Source: an uncultured bacterium
GTDB taxonomy: Bacteria > Patescibacteriota > Minisyncoccia > Phycocordibacterales > UBA2163
Direction of reading: 5' to 3'
Assembly (NCBI GenBank): GCA_913041175.1
Contig: CAJWGW010000002.1
Coordinates: 1 to 37,460, forward strand
Length of the DNA: 37,460 bases
Translations under genes and position numbers: made by a program
Shown here: positions 6,549 through 15,955 of the stretch, piece after piece
Layout: the number at the start of each line of letters is the position of its first letter
How positions within the stretch are numbered: position 1 is the stretch's first letter
The notes under the pieces: generated by a model
What the model saw: the letters and a program-made list of their open reading frames with translations, nothing else
What the model was told of the DNA's origin: nothing
Database searches by the model: none

Positions 6549-8311
6549 TGAAAGAAAAATATCGTCAGATACTTAAAAAGAGCTTCTCAATACCAAGAGA
6601 AGAGTCAATACAGAAAAATATAAAGACATTCTCGCCATCGGAGAAAATGCTGTTTTTCTTTTTGGTGGGAATCTTTGTCTTAAGCGCTCTCTTTATACTC
6701 TCAAATATTAATAAATTATTTCTTGTTGAAGTACCAGCACATGGCGGAAGCTTCGTGGAGGGAATAATCGGGTCGCCAAGATTCATTAACCCACTGCTTT
6801 CAAACTCAGACACTGACAGAGACCTAACAGCTCTTGTGTATTCAGGGCTTTTGAAAGCAACTCCGGAAGGCGAGCTTATTGAAGATTTAGCAGAAAGCTA
6901 CACTATCTCAGAGGACGGTTTTATATATGATTTCACTCTAAAGAGTAATATATCCTTCCACGACGGAACGCCAGTAACTGCAGATGATGTGGTATTTACA
7001 GTTGGGAAGGCGCAAGATCCAAGGTTAAAAAGCACCAAACGCGCAAGCTGGGACGGTATTACTGTAGAGAAAGTAAGTGAAAGACAAATCCGCTTTATAT
7101 TGAAACAACCGTACGGACCTTTTCTTGAAAACGCAACTTTAGGTATACTTCCAAAACATATTTGGGTAAAAGCAGGTACAGAACAATTTTCTTTCAGTAA
7201 GTTCAATAACGAACCAATCGGAAGTGGACCATATAAAATAAAAAAAATAAAATACAATTCCGGAGGAACACCAGAGTCTTATGAATTCGAGTCATTCGGT
7301 AAATATGCACTCGGAGAACCACCTATTTCAAATATTAAAATTATTTTTTATTCAAGTGAGAGCAATCTAATTGAAGGATATAAAAAAGGAGAAGTTGAAG
7401 GCATAAACAGCATCTCCCCTGATAAGCTCGGGGAGCTTGAAAAAATGGGTGTACGAATTGAAAGATCTCCTCTCCCAAGAATCTTTGCGGTATTCTTTAA
7501 CCAAAACGAAGCGCAAGTCTTTGCAAATAAGGAAGTAAGGCGCGCACTTGATATGGCACTTGATAAGAAAAAAATTGTGCAAGAAGTTCTTGGCGGTTAC
7601 GGCACGAATATTGACGGCCCAATACCACCAAGTGTGCTGAAGCAAAGCAAAGAAAAAATTCGCGGACAAAAAACGATTAATCCTGCTGATAGAAAAGATT
7701 TCGCAATAGAGATACTTGAAGACAACGGATGGGAATTTAATGAGGAATTGAAAGTATGGGAGAAAAAAACCAAAAAGGAAGAGAGTTATTTGCGCTTCTC
7801 GCTTTCAACATCAGACACTCCGGAATTGAAAGCTGCAGCGGAAATTATAGTAGAAGAGTGGAGAAATTTGGGAGCTGATGTTACCCTTAAAGTCTTTGAA
7901 GCGGGCGACCTTAATCAAAATATAATTCGTCCACGAAAATACGATGCACTGCTGTTTGGCGAGATAATAAGCCGTGAATTAGACCTTTTTGCATTTTGGC
8001 ACTCCTCCCAAAGAAACGATCCGGGACTTAATATTGCTTTGTATGCAAATATCACAGCGGATAAACTGCTTGAAGAAGCTCGCACAGCGACCAATAGAAA
8101 TGTTATGATTGATAATTATAGGAAGTTTGAAGATGAGGTTGATGCAGATGTACCTGCAGTGTTTGTATACTCACCAGATTTCATTTACATAACTCCCAAA
8201 AACATAAAATCACTTGAACTTGGAGCAGTAACAACTCCGAGTGAAAGATTTCTTAATATACATGAGTGGTACATAGAAACAGACAAAGTATGGAATTTTT
8301 TCGAAAACTAA
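6548..8311 (+). CDS. ABC-transporter substrate-binding protein, family 5 (peptide/nickel type), membrane-anchored
   Basis: 587 aa. N-terminal TM anchor and SBP family 5 style block LAESYTISEDGFIYDFTLKSNISFHDGTPVTADDVVFT. No permease or ATPase genes in the window. Confidence 0.8.
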   Translation: MKEKYRQILKKSFSIPREESIQKNIKTFSPSEKMLFFFLVGIFVLSALFILSNINKLFLVEVPAHGGSFVEGIIGSPRFINPLLSNSDTDRDLTALVYSGLLKATPEGELIEDLAESYTISEDGFIYDFTLKSNISFHDGTPVTADDVVFTVGKAQDPRLKSTKRASWDGITVEKVSERQIRFILKQPYGPFLENATLGILPKHIWVKAGTEQFSFSKFNNEPIGSGPYKIKKIKYNSGGTPESYEFESFGKYALGEPPISNIKIIFYSSESNLIEGYKKGEVEGINSISPDKLGELEKMGVRIERSPLPRIFAVFFNQNEAQVFANKEVRRALDMALDKKKIVQEVLGGYGTNIDGPIPPSVLKQSKEKIRGQKTINPADRKDFAIEILEDNGWEFNEELKVWEKKTKKEESYLRFSLSTSDTPELKAAAEIIVEEWRNLGADVTLKVFEAGDLNQNIIRPRKYDALLFGEIISRELDLFAFWHSSQRNDPGLNIALYANITADKLLEEARTATNRNVMIDNYRKFEDEVDADVPAVFVYSPDFIYITPKNIKSLELGAVTTPSERFLNIHEWYIETDKVWNFFEN

Positions 8312-8323
8312 AATTTAATAAAC

Positions 8324-10252
8324 ATGATACATAGAAATAATCCTGATAGAAGACAGGCTCCTAAAAGATATCCGTCATCAGACGCAAGCAGACCTGCCCG
8401 CACAAGCGGACGACACCCTTCACATGGAAGACCAAACGCACGCCCACATACGCCTGTCCGCGCAGGCGGGCCTGCGCGGACAGGCAGGCGAACAGGCGCA
8501 AAGATGCGTATGCCAAGAAAAAACATGCCACGACTGACTCCCAAAAAGAAAGAGGATGTAATCCCTGCTTTAGGAGACAACATCCGCATAATCCCGCTTG
8601 GTGGAGTAGAGGAAGTTGGTAAGAATATGATAGTTGTTGAATATAAAGACGACATCGTTATTTTTGATATGGGATTTCAGTTCGTAACAGAAGAAGAAAC
8701 TCCAGGAATTGATTATATTCTTCCTAATACTAAATATCTCGAACAATGGAAAGAAAAAATTCGCGGAGTTGTAATAACACATGGCCACTTAGATCATATC
8801 GGGGGAATACCGTATATAATGAATAGAATTGGAAATCCCAAAATCTACACACGCTCTCTTACAAAAATGATGATTGGGAAGAGACAGAGTGAGTTCCCTC
8901 ACCTTCCAGAGCTTGATATAAGAGAAGTTGAGCCGGGAGATAATATCAAACTCGGAAATTTACCTATCAAATTTTATCCAATATCGCACTCAATCCCTGA
9001 TGCTATGGCGGTTTCCTTGGAAACACCTTATGGAAATATTGTTATTACAGGAGATCTAAAGCTTGACCATATTGACAATGAACCCACTTCAGAAGAGAAA
9101 AAAGTATGGGGAGAAATTGGTAAGCACAGTAACCTTCTTCTCGTTTCTGATTCTACAAATGTTGAAAATCCAGGGTTCTCAATTACAGAAAAAAAGATAC
9201 AGGAAAACTTAGAGGAAATAATAAAAAATGTTCCAGGGCGTCTCATTATAGGAACCTTCGCATCACAATTTGAGAGAATGATAAAAATAGTACAAATTGC
9301 AGAAAAGTACGGAAAGAAAGTTATTACAGAAGGACGAAGTATAAAAACAAATATAGAAATAGCCCAACTTGCAGAACTATTGAAACCAAAGAAAGGTACT
9401 ATAATCCCCGCGCAAGACATCAGTAAGTATCCGCCAAACAAAATAGTGGTGCTTGCAACAGGAGCGCAAGGAGAAGAATTTGCGGCACTTATGCGCATTT
9501 CAACTAAACAGCACAAACATGTTGTTCTTAACGAAAGAGATACAATAGTACTCTCCTCTTCTATAGTCCCAGGCAACGAAGTGGCTGTTCGAAAATTAAA
9601 AGATAATCTTTACCGGTTTGGAGTTAAGATAATCCATTACAAAGTTTCCGATGTGCACTCCACAGGTCACGGTAATGCAGGAGAACTTACATGGGTCAAT
9701 AAAACTGTTGGTGCAAAATTCTTCATTCCTGGATACGGATCATACTCTATGACTGCATTTCATGCACAAGTTATAAAAGATGCAAATATAATGAAAGCAG
9801 AGAATATAGTTATACCGAAAGGAAATGGTGCAGTAATAGAAATAGGAAATAAAGGAAAGACAATTAAAACACTGAAAGAGAAAGCGCCGTCTGGAATTAC
9901 AATGGTTGATGGTCTTGCAATAGGAGACATCCAAGAAGTTGTAATACGCGACAGAAAGATGCTTGCTCAAGATGGAATGTTTGTTATCGTCGCAACTATA
10001 AACTTAAAAACGGGAAAACTGCGAAAGTCTCCTGATATAATCTCACGTGGATTTATTTATTTGAGAGAATCACAAGACCTTCTTCAGGAAACACGAGTGC
10101 TTATCAAAAAAACCGTTGAAGATACTGCATCTGCTGCACGACCTATAAATTTTGACAATATTAAAGCGCAGTTAACTGATTCAGTAAGTATGTTTCTGTT
10201 CCAGAAAACAAACAAAAGACCCCTTGTTATACCCGTATTATTGAGTATTTAA
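8324..10252 (+). CDS. rnj: ribonuclease J (beta-CASP metallo-beta-lactamase) with an Arg/Pro/Gly-rich N-terminal extension
   Basis: Motifs GGVEEVGKNM, HGHLDHIGG and a beta-CASP C-terminal region. The start is uncertain: 8324 (12 nt after the preceding stop) or the internal ATG at 8504 after the GC-rich island. Confidence 0.85.
   Translation: MIHRNNPDRRQAPKRYPSSDASRPARTSGRHPSHGRPNARPHTPVRAGGPARTGRRTGAKMRMPRKNMPRLTPKKKEDVIPALGDNIRIIPLGGVEEVGKNMIVVEYKDDIVIFDMGFQFVTEEETPGIDYILPNTKYLEQWKEKIRGVVITHGHLDHIGGIPYIMNRIGNPKIYTRSLTKMMIGKRQSEFPHLPELDIREVEPGDNIKLGNLPIKFYPISHSIPDAMAVSLETPYGNIVITGDLKLDHIDNEPTSEEKKVWGEIGKHSNLLLVSDSTNVENPGFSITEKKIQENLEEIIKNVPGRLIIGTFASQFERMIKIVQIAEKYGKKVITEGRSIKTNIEIAQLAELLKPKKGTIIPAQDISKYPPNKIVVLATGAQGEEFAALMRISTKQHKHVVLNERDTIVLSSSIVPGNEVAVRKLKDNLYRFGVKIIHYKVSDVHSTGHGNAGELTWVNKTVGAKFFIPGYGSYSMTAFHAQVIKDANIMKAENIVIPKGNGAVIEIGNKGKTIKTLKEKAPSGITMVDGLAIGDIQEVVIRDRKMLAQDGMFVIVATINLKTGKLRKSPDIISRGFIYLRESQDLLQETRVLIKKTVEDTASAARPINFDNIKAQLTDSVSMFLFQKTNKRPLVIPVLLSI
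8452..8485. repeat. perfect GC-rich palindrome (15-bp stem, CGGG loop) inside the 5' part of the rnj ORF
   Basis: GCCTGTCCGCGCAGG-CGGG-CCTGCGCGGACAGGC. It shares the CCTGTC...GACAGG termini and a GCGCAGG core with the hairpin at 6241-6276. Confidence 0.7.
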
Positions 10253-10254
10253 AA

Positions 10255-11436
10255 ATGAACACCACACAGCTACAAAAAGTACAGAAAAAAAATATCTTTG
10301 GTGCAATATACACAGTGGGTTTTCTATCTGCTCTTCATGTATTTATGATTGTTTATATTAATTCAAGTTTTCTGAATCAATATATATCGGAAGAATTTGT
10401 TGGTTTACTTTACATCATAGGCTCAATAATGACTATAAGCGTATTGACTATCGTTCCTTACATCTTGAGAAATTTTGGAAATTATCTGACACTTGTTGTA
10501 TTTACTTTATTTGAGATTTTAATTCTTCTTGGAATGACGTTCATTAAAGAACCAGCGATAATTATCCCACTTTTTGTTGCCCACTGGGTTATTTTCCAGA
10601 TTATGTTTATCAACATTGATATATTCCTTGAAACCTATCAGAAAAAAGAATCCAGCACAGGAAATACGAGAGGGATTTTTCTTACAATAATAAATTCTTC
10701 TCTTATGTTGGCTATTGTTATTGTCGGTTTCGTTTTAACCGACAGTGACTTCTGGAAAATATATCTCATCTCGGCTGGAATACTTCTTCCTTTCCTTTTC
10801 GTTATATTTACTAAATTTAGAAAATTTAAAGATCCGGTATATGAAAACTTTAGAATCTGGAGAACATTTAAAAAATTCCGAACAGATAAGAATATCTCAA
10901 ATATATTTATGGCGCAGTTTATCTTGAAATTCTTTTTCTCATGGATGGTTGTATATATGCCGATTTATCTTCACGATTATGTTGGTTTTGAATGGCAACA
11001 AATAGCTGTTATATTTTTTATAATGCTTTTGCCTTTTATTCTTTTTGAAATTCCCGCAGGAAAACTAGCGGATAAATGGATTGGTGAGAAAGAGCTTCTC
11101 TCGCTTGGTTTTATAATTATGGCGTTTTCAACTATGGTAATACCTTTTATCGCTATTGCATCTTTCGCGCTTTGGACCGGAATACTTTTTGTAACAAGAA
11201 TAGGGGCAAGCTTGGTGGAAATCACAACGGAAAGTTATTTCTTTAAACATGTAAAGGGTGATGATGCAAATATTATAAGTTTCTTCAGGATGACTCGTCC
11301 TGTCGCCTACATCGCTGGTCCTCTTGTTGCTATTATTACACTTCAGTTTTTTTCGTTTCAATATATATTCTTAGTACTTGGAATAATAATGTTTCTTGGA
11401 CTTAGATACTCTTTGGCGCTTAAGGATACGCTTTAG
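10255..11436 (+). CDS. MFS-type transporter
   Basis: 393 aa, about 10-12 hydrophobic helices in a two-halves layout with a basic central loop. Confidence 0.65.
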   Translation: MNTTQLQKVQKKNIFGAIYTVGFLSALHVFMIVYINSSFLNQYISEEFVGLLYIIGSIMTISVLTIVPYILRNFGNYLTLVVFTLFEILILLGMTFIKEPAIIIPLFVAHWVIFQIMFINIDIFLETYQKKESSTGNTRGIFLTIINSSLMLAIVIVGFVLTDSDFWKIYLISAGILLPFLFVIFTKFRKFKDPVYENFRIWRTFKKFRTDKNISNIFMAQFILKFFFSWMVVYMPIYLHDYVGFEWQQIAVIFFIMLLPFILFEIPAGKLADKWIGEKELLSLGFIIMAFSTMVIPFIAIASFALWTGILFVTRIGASLVEITTESYFFKHVKGDDANIISFFRMTRPVAYIAGPLVAIITLQFFSFQYIFLVLGIIMFLGLRYSLALKDTL

Positions 11437-11588
11437 TATAGGTATAAGTATGGATATATATAAACTGTGGATTATTTGCTATTGTAGAAATTTTATTGTG
11501 CTAAAATTATATTAAGGGATGAGATTTAGACGAACATTCGTCGGTCGTATTTATTTAACAGTAATTTAATCATCTCGTTTAAAAAAAT

Positions 11589-11993
11589 ATGAAAATGGTT
11601 TTAAACATTGTCGGTATTATTGTTGCTTTGGCTGGAGTCATCGGATTCTTCAATAATCCTATAATTGGAATTCTTGAGACAAGTACGATCCAGAATATCG
11701 TTTACATAATTTTGGGTCTCTTGATACTTATGTCTGTAATGAAAGGTCAGGCGATGCTAACAAAGATTATCGGTATAGTCTTTGCAATCTTAGGAATCCT
11801 TGGATTTGTACTTTCAGGCAATACAGTTCTCGGTATTGTTGAGTCAACGACGAATGTGAATTCATTCAACCTAATAGTCGGTATCATAGTGCTCCTTATT
11901 GCATTTATGAACAAAGGTGGTTCAGGCCATTCAGCACCTCAAGGTGGTGGGATGGACAATCAACAAGCGCCTCCACAAAATCCACAAATGTAA
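11589..11993 (+). CDS. small membrane protein (4 TM) with a Gly/Pro/Gln-rich tail
   Basis: 134-aa ORF with repeated GxxGF-containing TM hairpins. Possibly DUF4383-like, but not certain. Confidence 0.55.
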   Translation: MKMVLNIVGIIVALAGVIGFFNNPIIGILETSTIQNIVYIILGLLILMSVMKGQAMLTKIIGIVFAILGILGFVLSGNTVLGIVESTTNVNSFNLIVGIIVLLIAFMNKGGSGHSAPQGGGMDNQQAPPQNPQM

Positions 11994-12016
11994 ATTTTAT
12001 AACATTTGATCAAAAT

Positions 12017-12048
12017 AAAAAACTTTCTAATTAATTAGGAAGTTTTTT
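12017..12048. terminator. bidirectional AT-rich terminator hairpin between convergent genes
   Basis: AAAAAACTTTCTAATT / AATTAGGAAGTTTTTT: near-perfect inverted repeat flanked by A- and T-tracts. Confidence 0.5.
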
Positions 12049-12706
12049 ATTTTGCTTTAGGCCAAATACTTACAGCTTTAGGATAAATCTTTGAAAGTAC
12101 GTGTTCTTTGCATTCGTGCTTTCTTGCAGGGCAGATTTGTCTGCCATATTCAATTGCTCTGTATGTAAAATCCATCCACTGCCTCTTTGGAAGTATCTTT
12201 ATCAAATCCTGTTCAATTTTATTCGGGTCACGACTGTCAGTTAGATCAAATTTCAGAGCAAAGCGTCTCACATGAGTGTCAACCGCTATCCCCTCCACTA
12301 TCCCAAATGCATTTCCTAAAACTATATTCGCAGTTTTTCGAGCAACCCCAGGAAGTTCAGTGAGTTCTTCCATCTTATTAGGAACTCTCCCTTTATATTT
12401 TTTCTTTATAATCTTTGCAGATGCTAAGATGTTTTTTGCTTTGTTGTGATAAAATCCTGTTGATTTGATATCTTGCTCAAATTCTTTGATATTCACCTTT
12501 AGATAGTCGTCAAATTTCTTATATTTCTTAAAAAGCTTTTCTGTAACTTTATTCACCTGCTTGTCGGTTGACTGCGCTGAGAGAACCACAGCAACCAAAA
12601 GCTCCCAATTACTCCTATATTTCAGAGCGATTTTAACTCTTGGAAAGAGCTTTTTTAAGGCATTATTTAACTTTAAAATACGTTCTTTTCGCTCTCTTTC
12701 TTTCAT
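12047..12706 (-). CDS. nth: endonuclease III (HhH-GPD DNA glycosylase with a 4Fe-4S cluster loop)
   Basis: WELLVAVVLSAQSTDKQVNKVT, the HhH motif LPGVARKTANIVL, and C-terminal Cys ligands. Start chosen at MKERERKERILKL (12706). Confidence 0.9.
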   Translation of the reverse strand: MKERERKERILKLNNALKKLFPRVKIALKYRSNWELLVAVVLSAQSTDKQVNKVTEKLFKKYKKFDDYLKVNIKEFEQDIKSTGFYHNKAKNILASAKIIKKKYKGRVPNKMEELTELPGVARKTANIVLGNAFGIVEGIAVDTHVRRFALKFDLTDSRDPNKIEQDLIKILPKRQWMDFTYRAIEYGRQICPARKHECKEHVLSKIYPKAVSIWPKAK

Positions 12707-12732
12707 ACCCATATGATATACTAGAGGCAATC

Positions 12733-15700
12733 ATGTCTCAAGATAAAGCAAAATTTGTACATCTTCACACTCACAGTCATTATTCTCTGCTAAATGCTTT
12801 ACCTAAGATAAGTGAGCTTGTTGATGCCGCAGGGAAAGCTCAAATGTCCGCACTTGCGCTTACCGACAATGGTAATTTATATGGCGCAATTGAATTTTAC
12901 AAAAAGTGCAAAGACGAGGATATAAAACCTATAATTGGCATTGATGCGTTTGTCGCAGTGCGCACGCGTTTTGATAAAGAAGCACAGATTGACAATAAGC
13001 GCGCGCGACTTGTACTTTTGGCGAAAAATGAAACTGGCTATAAAAATCTTCTGAAACTTGTCACTTACTCTCACCTTGAAGGATTCTATTACAAGCCACG
13101 CGTTGACAGAGAGCTTTTGGAGAAATATTCTGAAGGACTCATTGTAATTTTGCCTTCGTTCTCTGCTGAAACATCTTTAGCGTTAAAAAATAATTCGCCA
13201 GCTGGCGAAACAGGAAATGCAAAAGAAATATTAGAATGGTACAAGAACACATTCGGTAGCGATGATACATTTCTTGAGATTACATATCATCCTGAAATTG
13301 AAGGTCACGGTGAGCTTCAAAATAAAATAAAAAATCTTGGCAAAGATACCGACACCGAACTTGTCGCTGCTCACGATGTCTATTATATAAAACCAGAAGA
13401 TAGGAAAACTCGCGAAACACTTATGAAAATCCAAACTAGTATAGATTTTGCTGAACAAGGAAACTTAAATGGTGACGAGGAGGATTTTTCATTCATCTCT
13501 GCCGAGAAGGCGGAAGAATATTTTAAAGATATGCCACAAGCACTTGAAAATACAATTAAGATTGCAAGTAAATGCAATCTTAAACTGGAACTTGGTAAAT
13601 GGGTATTCCCCGATTTGAAACTTGAGAGCAGAAATTCATACGATGAAGAACTACACAAACTTGTTTACGCTGGAATAAAAAAACGCGCACTAAAAAAAAC
13701 AAAAGAAGTTGAGAGTCGTATTGAATATGAACTTAAAATCATTAAAGACAAAGGATATTCTCCATACTTTCTTGTTGTTGGAGATTTATTGAAATTTGCT
13801 CATGAAAATAATATTCTAACGACAATCCGTGGCTCTGTTGCAGGCTCTATTGTCACTTATCTTGCAAACATTACAAATGTAAATCCAATAGAATACAAAA
13901 TTCCGTTTGAAAGATTTTTAAATCCAGAACGCCCCTCTCCACCCGATATTGATATGGATTTTGCCGACAATAGAAGAGACGAGATAATCCAATATGCAAA
14001 AAGTAAATATGGTGAGGACAAAGTTGCACAGATTGGAACATTTGGAACAATGATGGCGCGTGGCGCAGTTAGAGACATTGCGCGCGCTCTAGGATACTCA
14101 TACAACATAGGAGATAAAATCGCAAAACTTATTCCTTTTGGCTCGCAAGGTTTTCCGATGACAATAGAGCGCGCGCTTGATATAACACCAGAGTTGAAAA
14201 CACTTTACGAAAAAGAAAAAGGTGCAAAAGAGATTATTGATATGGCAAAAAAGATTGAGGGTAATGCACGGCACATCTCTATACATGCCGCGGGAGTTGT
14301 AATCGCACCCATTGACTTGACATGCTTTGTCCCTCTACAGCTTGACCCAAAAGGAGGAAAAGTTATAACTCAGTATGATATGCACTCAGTTGAGGATGCT
14401 GGACTTTTGAAATTTGATTTTCTCGGACTTAAAAATCTTGCTGTACTTGCAGACGTTGTTAAACGCGCAAAGAAATTTCATAATGTAGATATAGATATTG
14501 AAAATGTCCCGCTAGATGATAAAAAAACATTTGAAATGCTCGCGCGTGGCGAGACAATGGGAATTTTTCAATTAAACGGAGCTGGTATGACAAGATATCT
14601 CAAAGACCTGAAGCCAACAACCATACACGACATCAACGCCATGGTATCTCTTTATCGTCCTGGACCTATGGAGTCAATTCCCTCTTATATTGAAAGAAAA
14701 CATAATGCAAAACTCATAACATATCTTGACCCAAGAATGGAAGATATTCTTGACCATTCATATGGAGTCATAACATATCAGGATGATGTGCTTCTGATTG
14801 CAATAAAGCTCGGTGGCTACTCATGGCTTGAAGCAGATAAACTACGAAAAGCAATGGGCAAAAAAATTCCAAAAGTTATGGCGGCCGAAAAAGAAAAGCT
14901 TATTCAAGGATTTATTGATAACGGTACTACGAAAGAAAAAGCGGAGAAATTATGGAAATTGATTGAACCATTTGCCGCATATGGCTTTAATAAAGCCCAC
15001 GCTGCAAGTTATGGGAAAGTCGCATATCAAACTGCTTACATGAAAGCCAACTTCCCAGTGGAATATATGGCGGCTGTTTTAACTGCGGATTCCGGCGATG
15101 TTGATAAAATATCTGAGAGTATTATAGAGCTAAAGAGAATGGATATCCCTGTTCTACCACCGAATATAAATGAGAGTTTTGGGGACTTCACTGTCGTGGA
15201 GAATAGTATTCGTTTTGGACTTCATTCTATTAAAAATTTTGGCGAAGGAATTGGAGATTACATAATTAACGAAAGAGAACATCCGCCAGCTGGCGGAGGA
15301 AAGTTTAAATCGCTTGCTGATTTTCTTGAGAGAATACAGGATAAAAATTTAAACAAAAAATCACTTGAAGCGCTTATAAAATCAGGCGCATTTGATGAAT
15401 TTGGAGAACGAGGAGTACAACTTTCAAATCTTGAACACTTGCTGGAGTATAGTAAGGAGCATTCTTCTGCACCTGAAAATCAAGATTCTCTTTTTGGAGG
15501 TATGCTAAAAGAAAGTGGCGCATCAAAATTGATTCTGGAAAAAGGAGAACCTGCAAGCCAGACAGATAAATTGTTTTGGGAGAAAGAACTTTTAGGACTT
15601 TATATCTCTGGACATCCGCTTGATAAACACAAAGATAAATTTAAAAATAAATATAAAGAAATAAAAGAAACTAAAGAAACAATGAAAAATGGTATGACAG

Positions 15701-15936
15701 TTGTCATCTCTGGAATTGTTGAAGAGGTAAAGCCAATCCTCACAAAAAGAGGAGACCAGATGGCGTTTGTACGAATTGCTGACTTTAGTGACAATGTTGA
15801 AACAGTGTTTTTTCCTGAAGTATTCGCAAAATTTAAATCGCTTGTGGAGCAAGAAAAATGCGTCGCCATAAAGGGACGAATCTCTGACAGAAACGGCGGG
15901 ATAAGTATCATAGCAGAAGCAGTGAAAGAATTATAA
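12733..15936 (+). CDS. dnaE: DNA polymerase III alpha subunit
   Basis: PHP motif FVHLHTHSHYSLL at the N-terminus and polymerase core blocks (PDIDMDF, GLLKFDFLGL). Start at ATG 12733; the track ORF start at 12640 would overlap nth. Confidence 0.95.
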   Translation: MSQDKAKFVHLHTHSHYSLLNALPKISELVDAAGKAQMSALALTDNGNLYGAIEFYKKCKDEDIKPIIGIDAFVAVRTRFDKEAQIDNKRARLVLLAKNETGYKNLLKLVTYSHLEGFYYKPRVDRELLEKYSEGLIVILPSFSAETSLALKNNSPAGETGNAKEILEWYKNTFGSDDTFLEITYHPEIEGHGELQNKIKNLGKDTDTELVAAHDVYYIKPEDRKTRETLMKIQTSIDFAEQGNLNGDEEDFSFISAEKAEEYFKDMPQALENTIKIASKCNLKLELGKWVFPDLKLESRNSYDEELHKLVYAGIKKRALKKTKEVESRIEYELKIIKDKGYSPYFLVVGDLLKFAHENNILTTIRGSVAGSIVTYLANITNVNPIEYKIPFERFLNPERPSPPDIDMDFADNRRDEIIQYAKSKYGEDKVAQIGTFGTMMARGAVRDIARALGYSYNIGDKIAKLIPFGSQGFPMTIERALDITPELKTLYEKEKGAKEIIDMAKKIEGNARHISIHAAGVVIAPIDLTCFVPLQLDPKGGKVITQYDMHSVEDAGLLKFDFLGLKNLAVLADVVKRAKKFHNVDIDIENVPLDDKKTFEMLARGETMGIFQLNGAGMTRYLKDLKPTTIHDINAMVSLYRPGPMESIPSYIERKHNAKLITYLDPRMEDILDHSYGVITYQDDVLLIAIKLGGYSWLEADKLRKAMGKKIPKVMAAEKEKLIQGFIDNGTTKEKAEKLWKLIEPFAAYGFNKAHAASYGKVAYQTAYMKANFPVEYMAAVLTADSGDVDKISESIIELKRMDIPVLPPNINESFGDFTVVENSIRFGLHSIKNFGEGIGDYIINEREHPPAGGGKFKSLADFLERIQDKNLNKKSLEALIKSGAFDEFGERGVQLSNLEHLLEYSKEHSSAPENQDSLFGGMLKESGASKLILEKGEPASQTDKLFWEKELLGLYISGHPLDKHKDKFKNKYKEIKETKETMKNGMTVVISGIVEEVKPILTKRGDQMAFVRIADFSDNVETVFFPEVFAKFKSLVEQEKCVAIKGRISDRNGGISIIAEAVKEL

Positions 15937-15955
15937 AATGTGATATTATTACACT

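Noticed and set aside
8308-8655. 115-aa minus-strand ORF running through the GC-rich island at the rnj 5' end
   Set aside because: GC-rich stretches in an AT-rich genome lack stop codons in most frames. The ORF overlaps the SBP stop and the rnj start and has no supporting signals.
9028-9576. 182-aa antisense ORF inside rnj (similarly, 16265..16783 inside thrS and 6898..7257 inside the SBP gene)
   Set aside because: They are fully embedded antisense to confidently identified genes, with no RBS or promoter context and odd composition.
12640-12732. 31-codon N-terminal extension of dnaE proposed by the ORF track
   Set aside because: It would overlap the nth 5' end on the opposite strand. The conserved PHP N-terminus begins right after the ATG at 12733, which has an AGAGG 5 nt upstream.
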